Shown here one piece after another: positions 51,270-64,000 of a stretch of DNA of 64,000 nt; the first letter of the stretch is position 1, and each line of letters opens with the position of its first letter. Both the position numbers and the translations under genes were made by a program. Where the stretch lies: positions 1 to 64,000 of the forward strand of contig JAHLTZ010000049.1 in assembly GCA_025786725.1 (NCBI GenBank), read 5' to 3'. The DNA comes from Syncephalis fuscata S228. Its lineage: Eukaryota; Fungi; Zoopagomycota. The notes beneath the pieces were generated by a model, which worked only from the letters and a program-made list of their open reading frames with translations, searched no databases and was not told where the DNA came from.

Positions 51270-51857
51270 ATGAAATTCTTCATTGTTCTTGCTGCCACCG
51301 CTCTCTTGGCCATTGGTATCGCCAACACTGATGCCGCTTCATCTAGTGTTAGAACACCTGTCGGCAATGCTAATGTCAACACAGGCAGTCGGCCTGCTTC
51401 TAAGCCCGCTTCGCGGCCTAGCTCTGCTCCCCAACCTGCACTCGACACCAAGTCCATGGAAGTGCAAATGCTATGTGCAGTTAACAAGTTCCGCTCCAAG
51501 TATGGCCTTCAGCCATTGGGTTTAGATCAAGGCTTAAATAGGGCTTCTCTGCAGCATAGCCAGGCACAGGCCAGCCGAAGACAAATGGAACACCGGTTTC
51601 CTGGTGGAACCACTCCAACTCAGCGTATGGATGCAGTTGGCAATTGGATGCGAACTGCCGAAAATATTGCTTATGGCTCGTCTACTGTGGAAGGGGTTAT
51701 GGATCAATGGATCAAATCACCCGGTCACAATGTAAACATGCGCTCTGATACTACTCACTTTGGTGCGGGTATGGCTAAGAGCTCAAATGGTACGCCATAC
51801 TGGACACAGAACTTTGGACAAGATCGTAACAAACCAAAGAACATTCCAAAATGCTAG
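51270..51857 (+). CDS. Secreted CAP/SCP-domain protein, copy A
   Basis: Signal peptide, MLCAVNKFR, ENIAYG, WIKSPGH, YWTQNFG. Confidence 0.93.
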   Translation: MKFFIVLAATALLAIGIANTDAASSSVRTPVGNANVNTGSRPASKPASRPSSAPQPALDTKSMEVQMLCAVNKFRSKYGLQPLGLDQGLNRASLQHSQAQASRRQMEHRFPGGTTPTQRMDAVGNWMRTAENIAYGSSTVEGVMDQWIKSPGHNVNMRSDTTHFGAGMAKSSNGTPYWTQNFGQDRNKPKNIPKC

Positions 51858-52759
51858 AAATACTCAACTTAGATTATGAATTGATTTCTGCTTTTACTGT
51901 AATTATATAGTAATTAGCTAATGCTGAAACATGAACATTATGACGAATATTTTTGAATAAACTTTTATGTTTGCCTATAAAAAGCTATCTGAGTTTGTAT
52001 TGTCACAATAGAGTTATTAAAGATAAAAGTAATGCTGAAAATTAATATATAATTGAAATTACTTATTTAAGCTTATACTTAATGCTTTAATAAATAGCAA
52101 CTGGTTATTCTTTAATTAATCATGTGTATATTTGAATGTTATATATAAACTACTTTTAAATACTTAACGGAAAAATACATTTAATAGTATAGCTAGAATG
52201 CACAATAAAACCATCAATAATGTCAAACACAATCACGTAGTTACAACAAACATTCATTTATGGTGCAACAGCCACGTAACAAAGCAATAGATTGTTCAAT
52301 CAATAACCTGTTATTTACAATGCCACACAGGCTACGGCCATTGCTTGTATGCTTCAAATACTTTGTTTCAGTTTTAATTCTAGCAACATTGTCACTCAGA
52401 TCAAATTCGTGTTTCAAGAAAATAACATTTCTATTAAAGCACATCTATACAAAGTGCAAACAATGAAACACCATATTGTTTGTCCAACAATCTATTTGTT
52501 TTTAAAGCATTGTTCCTTTGCATAGCATGATCTTTTCTTTGTCATCGCTGAGCCAACAGCTAAAACATCAGCAGCATATAAATATCGACTAATTTTATAG
52601 CTTAGTTTTTGTTCATCATCACAACAACTCTTCTACACTCAAACACTAAACGATTCAGCTATACTTGTTACAGCTAGACTGGCAAGAATACTCTACGCTC
52701 TTAAACACGCTACAAACTATCAAATTGGCCAATCTTTTATAAATACTATCAAAATTATC

Positions 52760-53347
52760 ATGAAATTCTTCATTGTTCTTGCTGCCACCGCTCTCTTGGC
52801 CATTGGTATCGCCAACACTGATGCCGCTTCATCTAGTGTTAGAACACCTGTCGGCAATGCTAATGTCAACACAGGCAGTCGGCCTGCTTCTAAGCCCGCT
52901 TCGCGGCCTAGCTCTGCTCCCCAACCTGCACTCGACACCAAGTCCATGGAAGTGCAAATGCTATGTGCAGTTAACAAGTTCCGCTCCAAGTATGGCCTTC
53001 AGCCATTGGGTTTAGATCAAGGCTTAAATAGGGCTTCTCTGCAGCATAGCCAGGCACAGGCCAGCCGAAGACAAATGGAACACCGGTTTCCTGGTGGAAC
53101 CACTCCAACTCAGCGTATGGATGCAGTTGGCAATTGGATGCGAACTGCCGAAAATGTTGCTTATGGCTGGCCCTCTGTAGAAGTAGTTATGGATCAATGG
53201 ATCAAATCACCCGGTCACAATGTAAACATGCGCTCTGATACTACTCACTTTGGTGCGGGTATGGCTAAGAGCTCAAATGGTACGCCATACTGGACACAGA
53301 ACTTTGGACAAGATCGTAACAAACCAAAGAACATTCCAAAATGCTAG
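52760..53347 (+). CDS. Secreted CAP/SCP-domain protein, copy B
   Basis: As copy A but ENVAYGWPSVEV. Confidence 0.93.
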   Translation: MKFFIVLAATALLAIGIANTDAASSSVRTPVGNANVNTGSRPASKPASRPSSAPQPALDTKSMEVQMLCAVNKFRSKYGLQPLGLDQGLNRASLQHSQAQASRRQMEHRFPGGTTPTQRMDAVGNWMRTAENVAYGWPSVEVVMDQWIKSPGHNVNMRSDTTHFGAGMAKSSNGTPYWTQNFGQDRNKPKNIPKC

Positions 53348-54115
53348 AAATACTCAACTTAGATTATGAATTGATTTCTGCTTTTACTGTAATTATATAG
53401 TAATTAGCTAATGCTGAAACATGAACATTATGACGAATATTTTTGAATAAACTTTTATGTTTGCCTATAAAAAGCTATCTGAGTTTGTATTGTCACAGTA
53501 GAGCTAATATAATGTAATAGAGCTTGATCAGATGATAATAAAATATTACTAGCATAAATAACAATGTTTTATTAAAAGATATGCACTTATGTATGTATTT
53601 ATATAAGCACACGTTATCCGTATATTTTGAATCTAGAAATATGTACATAGTTTAAAAACAGTAGTCAACAGACCTTTTAATCCAATTTATAAATATACGT
53701 TCATTCTCCATTTAAACAATAACATCAGCGATTTATTTAGTTAACAATGTACGTCTATATTATTATATACTACTCTATGGTATACTAGATACATTCCATT
53801 TATTATATAACTCAAGTATATAGTTTGATAAATGAAAGAGATAAAAGACTCAAAATGTATTTGTAATAAATATAGAGAAGAACAGAAACAGCTTTGGCTA
53901 AAGAAAGACTAAACGAGTATATAGTTGTATATAAGATAATAAATATAGTTAAATGTAGTTATTTTAATATATTAATATTTTCAAAAAAATTATGTCTAAT
54001 TAATAGGTGTGAGAAATGGCAATTATTCATTTATTTTCCATTAATAACACTACAACACTACAACACCATATTTTATCTATTATTGCTACTGTACTATTGT
54101 CATCGCCTTACAATC

Positions 54116-55376
54116 ATGGAGAATTCAGCCAGTACAACACGGAAAAAGAACTACCGAAGAAAGCCGCGTACCAATGAAGATACAGACGCAGCGGTAGACG
54201 GCGAATCACCAGCCACGTCCATGTTGACGTCCACGGCTGAAGAACCGACCAGGTACGTTGTAGCAGTAGGCGGCACGCTATTCCATAACACTAACATAGC
54301 AATTATAGTGAAACAATTGAAGATTTATTAGAAATACGGCGTATGCGTAAACGTACACCAGGTATGGATACACAAAAACTACAAGCACCTTTAGAAAAGA
54401 AGAAAAAGAAGACAGAAAATAAGAAAGATGGTTCTAAAACGGCCGTCACTAGTCATGATGCAGCGTAAGTAGCGTTCACTGCTCACTCCGTCATAGTAAT
54501 TAATAGTAACTAACCACAATAAATGAATACAGTGCCAGTGCCGAAACAGAAAAGAAATCGACCCTAGCATTTACAGGCCAGACAAATATTGTTGATGTGG
54601 ATAAACACATGTAAGTAGTTATTAAAAGTTATATAGCCAATATATTAATGTTATTATTGTGTAGGATGGCGTATATTGAAAAAGAGATGCGCAAGAGAAA
54701 GACTGACAAAAGCACCCCTACCAATGATACAGAGAATAGAGACGATAACCACGACGATAATAGTGACAACGACAACGACGATGAAGAAGAAAAGGATACA
54801 ACGGCTCCTAATATACTTGATCCATTCTATGCGTTGTATGTAGCATCAGAACAAGCAAAGGTAGCTAATTCATACAAATATTACGTAAACACGATTAACA
54901 CCGTAACCATCATACTAGATGAATATCAATAAGAACAAAGATAAAGAAGGCAGTTTAACAAGCTCATCTACTATGCTTACTCAAGTACAAGAAGTTGATC
55001 TAGGCATGGAGTAAGTAGTAGCTAGCTATTCTATTGTATTGGTTATGATTAACATTTGCATTTAATAGTGCTCGATTGCGTAATATTGAAGAAACAGAAA
55101 GGGCAAAACGTAAACTACAAGAAGACGCTAAATCATCAGTAAGTAATAAGTATTTGTTATTAATATAACATAAACTAATAGCATACCAATAGAATATTAT
55201 GAATAATGTTCCTTCTCACCGATGTAAGTAATTTATTATTTAATTAGATATGATATTAATATATATGTATATGTGGTATTATAGTCTTCCAACATAGACT
55301 GAATATACAATCTAGTAGTCACTCATCAGATCAACAAATGGTCGATCGATTCCGTAAAATACAACGTCGCCGTTAA
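54116..55376 (+). CDS. C9orf78/Tls1/HCA59 family splicing factor, multi-exon
   Basis: KKNYRRK, IEDLLEIRRMRKR, FTGQTNIVDVDKHMMAYIEKEM, MLTQVQEVDLG, RLRNIEETERAKRKL, SSDQQMVDRFRK. Confidence 0.85.
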
Positions 55377-55593
55377 TACCCACACCAATCATATCAATCA
55401 TAAACTATTTGATCGAATGAGCCAGTGACAAATTTATTAATCATGGCCACACACACACACACACACACATTAAACTCTTTCATTCACAAATACGAATCAT
55501 AAAAACGACATGGTTTATCTTTTCCATAGGACGCAGTAGTTATTATAATAGTGATGGTGACAATGTGACCACCAAATGGATAACACAGATATA

Positions 55594-57188
<1,595 letters not shown>

Positions 57189-57895
57189 GATGATTGTACT
57201 ATAGCTATTGATTGACTACCACCCTACACACTAAATAGTTCTATATTGACATATAGTTATAGAGGTGTTAGTTAAAGATCCAAGCGTCTATTTTTAGATT
57301 CATAGCCATCCAATCAAGATCTGATCTACTCTATCTTTATTGATTGACTGCCTGGTAATCTAGACATAGCTTACCAATTCACGTATGTTGGTTCACTTTG
57401 TGTGTGTATGGTGTGGTGTGGTGGGTGAGCGAGTGTTGGTGGGTGGGTGGGTGAAGGAAGAAGAATGTTTTTAGTCTTATCAATCAATAAAAAGGAAAGA
57501 ATACTTGAGCCCCAAAGCCCATTCAATAATATAGGAAAGGAAAGGAAGGACACACCCGTTAACAACGACAGAGATACAGCATTGAAGTAGGCTGACGTAA
57601 GTAATAAGTAGTAATGCCCAAGTACAAACAATAGAATCAAAGATAGAAAGCAGAAAGAAGGATGGATATGAAGATGTGAATAGAAAATCAATAAAATTAA
57701 TACATATATATATTATGTTATAGACCTTTTTTACTAGTTATTTTCTCTTGTAATTGGATATGAATACAGCAATACAATTGTTTTATTGTTCTTATCTAGT
57801 ATGGTTATGATAAGTGGGACTAATAATAGTAGTGGACAAGCCATTATTACGTATGGATAAAGCAAATATTCGTTGATATAATGGCTTGGATGATA

Positions 57896-57932
<37 letters not shown>

Positions 57933-58687
57933 GTTAGCAGTATTATCCTAAGCCACCTTTAATTTAATTAACTAATTAATTAACTAATATAATTCGATGA
58001 TTATAACTAGAATAATTTATAAAGTTTAATTTGTCTACTCCGATAGTTAATTATAAACACCGATTGCTTGCTTTTTATTTTATTTTATAAAAATATTCAC
58101 AGCATCGATATTTGTGTATACACACACCTTCACTACTCGCTTATTTCTTTTGCTACATTGTATTTGATTGTTGGTCGAGTGTAGATATAAGCATCTATCT
58201 TATACTACTATTACTACTACTACTACTCCTACTACTACTATTCATTGTGGTCTGTAGTTACAATGTAAGTAGTAGAAACTATAGATAGAAATGATACCTT
58301 TGATGTATCTCTTTCTACTGACACGCACGTGTTAATAAATGATTGCTCTATTGGTGGTGTGGTTAGCTGTGTTCCGGTTGGGGCAAATAGTGGCATGGAC
58401 ACTGAAACATGACGAATAAAAAGTGCGTAAAAATAAAAGTACGCCATAGTGGATGTTTATGGTTCGCTATCGCTATCGTTATTGTTATTGTTTTGTTATT
58501 GTTTAGCGGTATCTTTTAATTAATAGCGACTATATCACTTTATGATTTGCTATTAACTAGCTACTATTAACTACTAACGGTAGCATCTATATTATCATTA
58601 TTACAGATAGTGCAGCCGTTATATACCACTGTTGATTCTACGTCTTTAGCTCATTCAGCTTATTGTTAGCGTATTGCAGTTACCACT

Positions 58688-60026
58688 ATGGCTAAAGCCG
58701 GTCAATCTTACGTCTCTAAAGAGGCGCTAGAAAACTTGAAATACTATAAATATGCAGCCATCGATCGGTCCTATGTAACTAAATACGTGCTCCGTCACTA
58801 TTGGGAGTGGGCCACGACACTGTTTCCACTCTGGATGGCGCCAAATCTTATTACACTTTGTGGATTTGGTTTTGTATTGATCAATGTAGCGTTTATTATT
58901 GCGTTTATTCCTGATCTGGCTGGACCCGGTCCTTCTTGGTTGTACTTTTCGTTTGCCGCGGGCATTTGGCTCTACTCCACCTTCGATAACGTCGATGGCA
59001 AGCAAGCACGCCGCACCGGCACTTCATCACCCTTGGGTAAGCACGGCTAATACTATATACTACAGTGTATTAATAGGTGGTGGATAGGTGAATTGTTTGA
59101 TCATGGTTGTGATGCACTGAATTGCTCTTTCGGCGCACTTGTTCAAGCTGCAGGCATGGGATTCGGTCACACGTGGTATACGGTATTTATCGTGGCATTG
59201 ACCACCACACCGTTCTACTTCTCTACTTGGGAAGAATACCATACGGGTGTGCTATATCTGGGCTATGTTAACGGTCCTACTGAAGGCCTTATTATTTCTT
59301 GTGCGGTGCTTATTGCTTCGGGTATTTATGGGCCTGGCATTTGGTTTGAATCATTCCATAAAGTATTGGGTGGCACACTACCTCAAATAGTACTCGACTA
59401 TGTACCGACTGATTTTATTATGGCCGATATGATGGTGGCCAGTATGCTGTTTATGCTTATCTTTACTCAGCTGCCTGCTAGGTAAGTATTGAGTTTATAA
59501 TAATTCTATTATATTGATACGCTATTCTATTAGTTTGTATGGTGTTTATAATGCGTGTCGTCGCAAGGGAACGAGCTTTACTGCGGCATTGGCCGAACTT
59601 GTACCAATGGCAGTCTATTTGGTGGCTGTTATAAGCTGGGTACTATCGCCGTATTCGTCTATTCTACCCGATGGCCATCTTAGCATATTCATTATTGCTG
59701 TGGGTCTAGTGTTTGGTCGAGTGGCCACAAAGATTATTCTAGCTCATCTTACGCGTATGCCCTTCCCGTGGTTCACCGTTATGATGATTCCAATGGCGGG
59801 TGGCAGTTTATTGGTCAATGCGCCTCTTCTACTTAACGGACAGGTGCTATTGTCACCACAGCAAGAATACTACTATTTGATTGGTTTTACAGCATTTGCC
59901 GCTATTGCTTATGGTCATTGGGCTCTACTCGTGATTGATCGATTCTGTGAACATTTAGGCATCCGCTGCTTAAAGATTCCCTATCCTAATGCTGCTTCCG
60001 CTCCAAAGGAAAAGAAGGCCCAATAG
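58688..60026 (+). CDS. EPT1: Choline/ethanolamine phosphotransferase (CDP-alcohol phosphatidyltransferase), 3 exons
   Basis: [49 protein letters not shown]. Confidence 0.93.
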
Positions 60027-60191
60027 CGATACTATGATGGGTAAGGATATAAAAGACATGAGTTTTACAGGTCATCTTTCTTAGTTCTTCGCTCTTTTGT
60101 TCTTAATTTAAAAGAATAGAGAAAAAGAATTTAAAATAAATCATTAATTGATCAATAATTAGCCATCAATTATTTGTTTATTTATTTACTA

Positions 60192-60910
60192 CTAAGTAGA
60201 TTTAGGCTTGAAATAATTACGAAGTGACATCGTTCCTTTAGGAGGCACAGCTTTCTTGGCATTATTATCGGTACTTTTAGTCTTATTAGCACCATTAGCA
60301 GTAGCAGTCGATGTTGTCTATACCATTTGGTTATTTAATATAGATTAATTAATATACATCAATCTACCTTTCGACGGCCCTTTCCCTCTGATACTACAGT
60401 TTTGGTCTCTGTTGCAGCTTGGTGCGCTTTTTGTCGTCTAAATTTCACCAACAATGCTTCTACACTGCTTAAACTGTAAATAATATTAATAACTCGTTGA
60501 TATTCATTATTATACACTTACTTGTAGGCTGCACGTAATAGTGTTCTCCATTTATCGGATAGATAGTCATCAATAAGTGTCATAGATAACCAAATACGCA
60601 ACGCTATATTACAGATAAATAGCTGTAAATGACACCAAATGTATTAATTACCTTGACGTTCCTCATCCGTATCTGATGGTGTACATGATGCAGTCTGGTT
60701 GTTATTAACATTCAAGTAACTGCGTTCCATTTGTATTAATGTAGTAAAATTGTCAAAATGTTGTACAATACGATCAATCTTAATATTTGTAATACCATTG
60801 TTATATTAGATTAACCAAATATTTAATTTACTACACTTACCTTATGTTTTAACCATGTAATAACACGCTGATCATTTAACCTATACACAGTTGTATAACC
60901 AGAAACATCT

Positions 60911-60941
<31 letters not shown>

Positions 60942-61542
60942 AATTGTATTATTATATATCCATAATAGCCATTGTGTAGTAAATTAACTACCTTGCGTAT
61001 CACAAATTTGACATAACGATTGATCTAGTTGAGGCAAACTATTTAATACAGATCCTTGTCCATTAGCTACAGCCTCTAATATATCTTGCTGTGAACAATA
61101 GACACCCAGACTATCTCCAGTCTATTATTGCATAACTAAATCTAATTATTGTTCTGTAGAATATCTATTTACCTGACGACGACATTGAATCAAGATAGGT
61201 AGTAGAATAAATAACACATCTACCGGTGTAAATAACAATAGACTACCATCTATTATTTATATTAATTAACTTAATAATAACCATAATAGTATTGTTTAGT
61301 ACCTTTCTGTACTGTATTATCTATAAACCAACTGGCAGGTATGTTGTCTGGATTTACATGCTGTATCTCCAATAATTGAGTGGCATCACATACATACTGA
61401 ACAATAATTCCTATATATATGTGTGTGTGTATATATTCTATAGTTATTACAAGCTATCTTTTTTGCTAATATCTATACCTGTACGTGGATGTGGCAGTGT
61501 AATAGCCAGTAGGTCAGACGACAACGACGACAATCTAGTCAT
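60192..61542 (-). CDS. RNH202: Ribonuclease H2 subunit B, many small exons
   Basis: Spliced exons give TLPHPRTG, LLEIQ, SWFIDNTVQKDG, TPVDVLFILLP and a C-terminal PIP-box-like KGTMSLRNYF. Confidence 0.8.
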
Positions 61543-61878
61543 AAGCAGTTAAGCAAATACTGACTTGTAACTGCTAATAACCTGCCTGTTATTCGTGTTA
61601 TCCGTGTTGTTGTTGTTGTTGGACACTTGCGCCTTTCTCTTCAAGCAAATACGCGTCTGCATTCTAGTTAATAGTACGAGCTACTACGATAGATAGTAGA
61701 GTAGACGAAATAAATAACGCGTTGCTTATGGTGGTGGTGTGTTTTTTGGGTGAGTTGTGTGGGCGAGTGTGGGCGAATGGAAAACTGGAATTGAGTGAAC
61801 GCCACTCCTACTTTTGGTTCCTCCTCTCTTTCCATCTGCCGAGACGACTACTTCGTACTCGCATCGATAGCAGCACCC

Positions 61879-63001
61879 ATGGCGCCAACTAAGCAAGCCG
61901 GTAAGCATCTCTATGCATTAAGCTGATTAATGTATATACCATCTACGCGATGGATGAATGGATTAATAAGACAGTAATTGGGCTGTCAACCAGCACACTG
62001 AATGGATGGATGGATGGATATACGTATATATACATACATATACATACATATATTTATTCAGTCTATATAACACTATGAAAGAAGCGACTATGACTATCCA
62101 TAGACTATGACTATGGATGGATGGATGGATGGATATAATGAAATACAGAAAGGCGGGATATAGAGTTATGTAATGACAGAATGGCATCTGTATGAATGCA
62201 AGGGTCTATGTTATAATAGACCATGGATAACCTATTTGTAGTTGATACTGGATAATGAGTAGTGTCTATAGGCAGTATAGCTATTCTACTGAGTAATAGA
62301 ACGAGTGACGGGTCTTGTAGATTCATAACATCTATATACTGAATATGGAATTCATACATGTACACCCTACTTACAACAAGCAATGTTATTCTACATTTTA
62401 TTGTTTTATTAGGCAAGTCCAGCGAGAAGAACAAGGCGCTCGCCGCCCGCAAGGCCGCCCTTAAGGGTACCAATAGCACGTCTACCCGCAAGATTCGCAC
62501 TTCGGCCACTTTCCGTCGCCCCAACACCTACCGTGCGGCTCGCAACCCAAAGTACCAGCGCAAGTCCATTGCCGGTACTTCCCAGCTCGACCAATACTCG
62601 ATCATCCGCCAGCCATTGACCACCGAGAGCGCGATGAAGAAGATTGAAGACCAAAACACCCTTGTCTTTTTGTGCGATGTACGTGCCAACAAGCACCAAA
62701 TCCGCGACTCGATCAAGAAGTTGTACGGTGTCCAAGCCTTGAAGATCAACACTTTGATCCGGTAAGTAGTAATGTAGTAAATATAGGCTAGAGTGGATAT
62801 TAATGGATGTGTGTTGTGGATATAATAGCCCTGACGGTATCAAGAAGGCATACGTCCGCCTTACCGGTGACATTGATGCCCTTGAGATTGCCAACAAGGT
62901 AGGTATCATTCTATGTATATGTATAGACTATATGTATATGTGTGTTGAATAAGAAGCAATATTAATGTATTGCTATTATTATTTAGATTGGCGTCATCTA
63001 A
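61879..63001 (+). CDS. RPL25: 60S ribosomal protein uL23 (L25/L23a), 4 exons
   Basis: [51 protein letters not shown]. First intron 61901-62412. Confidence 0.97.
62185..62333 (+). ncRNA. Possible intronic H/ACA-like snoRNA
   Basis: Two predicted hairpins followed by ACA at 62328-62330 inside the long RPL25 intron. No perfect ANANNA H box. Confidence 0.3.
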
Positions 63002-63802
63002 ATGCTTTTGCGTTATTTCCTACGACAGTGTGTATGGCGCATCTTTATTTAGGCGGAAGAATAAATACGCCTTTTGCCTGCATTATTATATTATTACTAT
63101 TAGCATTATTATGATTATTATAATTATTAATTAGTTGTTATTGACATTATTATTACTATCAAGTAGTTGTTGTTATTTCTATTGTAAGCAGGTAACATAT
63201 GCAGGAACTGAAAACAACAAAGTGTAATGGACAGCCTTACAAAATACAAGACATCTACATGATCACGTAGACGGTAAATAGATTAATTTAGTAAAACAAG
63301 TCAATCATACCTGTATACGCTGTAACTATTCTTAATACTTTCAGTGTGTGGAAAGGACAAGAATGTTGCAATTTGTATATTAGAAAATAATAAAACAGTT
63401 TATTAGTATTTGTAGATATGTACTTGTTATATATAGCTGCATTGTTATGTAGTTAATGGCTGATACTTGTAATAATGATAGTTGTAAAAAATAGTGGAAA
63501 ACATACAAGATAATTCTAGTATAGCTATTGTATTAGTATAATGGGAGACATATGGATATGTTCAATGTCAAGTTAACGTTTGTCGTGTATTTATGTGATT
63601 TGTGTTAATTACCCATTATTGTTAGTAAAAATGGAATCATTGTTTTAAAGCATGACCTGTTATTATTACTAAATTAGTTAGTTATTATTGATGAGTTATT
63701 ATAGTTGTATGGTTTTAAAATTTATTTAACGAAAAGCCATGACGATAAACAATAATAGAGGTTATCAACGATGCAAAGGACGATTGTTATTATTATTCGG
63801 AT

Positions 63803-64000
63803 TTATAGACGATGGAGATGGTGTATTTTGTGAATGGCTATCAATGGTAGTTGGCGGTGTTGAAGATGGTGATGGTGATTGAGGGGATTTTGACCATTAA
63901 AAGTATTTGGCGTTGTGTTAGTGTTGTTGTAATGATTCTGTTGTACTGATGATGATGGTGCTGATGGTAATGGAGCGCTATTACCTTCATTACTGTCCAA
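63803..64000 (-). CDS. Low-complexity 3' portion of a gene running off the window
   Basis: Open N/H/P-rich frame at the window edge with no recognisable domain. Confidence 0.3.
   Translation of the reverse strand: MDSNEGNSAPLPSAPSSSVQQNHYNNTNTTPNTFNGQNPLNHHHHLQHRQLPLIAIHKIHHLHRL

Larger units (their letters stand above)
51069..53497 (+). repeat. Direct duplication, units 51069-52007 and 52559-53497 (939 bp)
   Basis: Identical promoter, ORF and 3' UTR except one cluster of substitutions. Confidence 0.95.

Noticed and set aside
51230-53015. Duplicated antisense and alternative-frame ORFs over the CAP genes
   Set aside because: Shadows of the CAP ORFs, repeated only because of the duplication.
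57897-57927. (TA)n tract and other microsatellites at ~55450, ~55950 and ~60920
   Set aside because: Ordinary simple repeats.

Overview
AT-rich eukaryotic DNA with many short (~45-70 nt) spliceosomal introns. The gene content suggests an early-diverging (zygomycete-grade) fungus, possibly Zoopagomycota (inference). Housekeeping genes are RIB4, SAMHD1-like, an enoyl-CoA hydratase, SLA2, a double-START lipid-transfer protein, PNUTS/Ppn1-like, a carnitine carrier, a WrbA/Pst2-like flavodoxin, C9orf78/Tls1, CK2-alpha, EPT1/CPT1, RNase H2B and RPL25. They are mixed with lineage-expanded families (two 7TM receptors, three secreted CAP proteins, two related secreted proteins, an F-box protein) and mobile DNA (a degenerate Fanzor/TnpB element, a MULE, foldback/MITE elements, a dispersed non-coding repeat). 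Main signals: (1) Two decayed Fanzor copies whose coding remnants have diverged share a 163-nt 3' block that is 161/163 identical. The block folds into a strand-specific G.U-rich hairpin and is followed by different flanks, the pattern expected of an omegaRNA scaffold plus guide. The flank of one copy matches a site ~0.45 kb upstream of the neighbouring 7TM gene. (2) A MATA-type HMG-box gene lies ~3 kb from SLA2, and SLA2 is enclosed by ~510-bp near-identical inverted repeats. (3) A 939-bp tandem CAP duplication has all its differences in one 30-nt patch. Several genes between ~12 and 30 kb carry single-base indels that may be sequencing errors.
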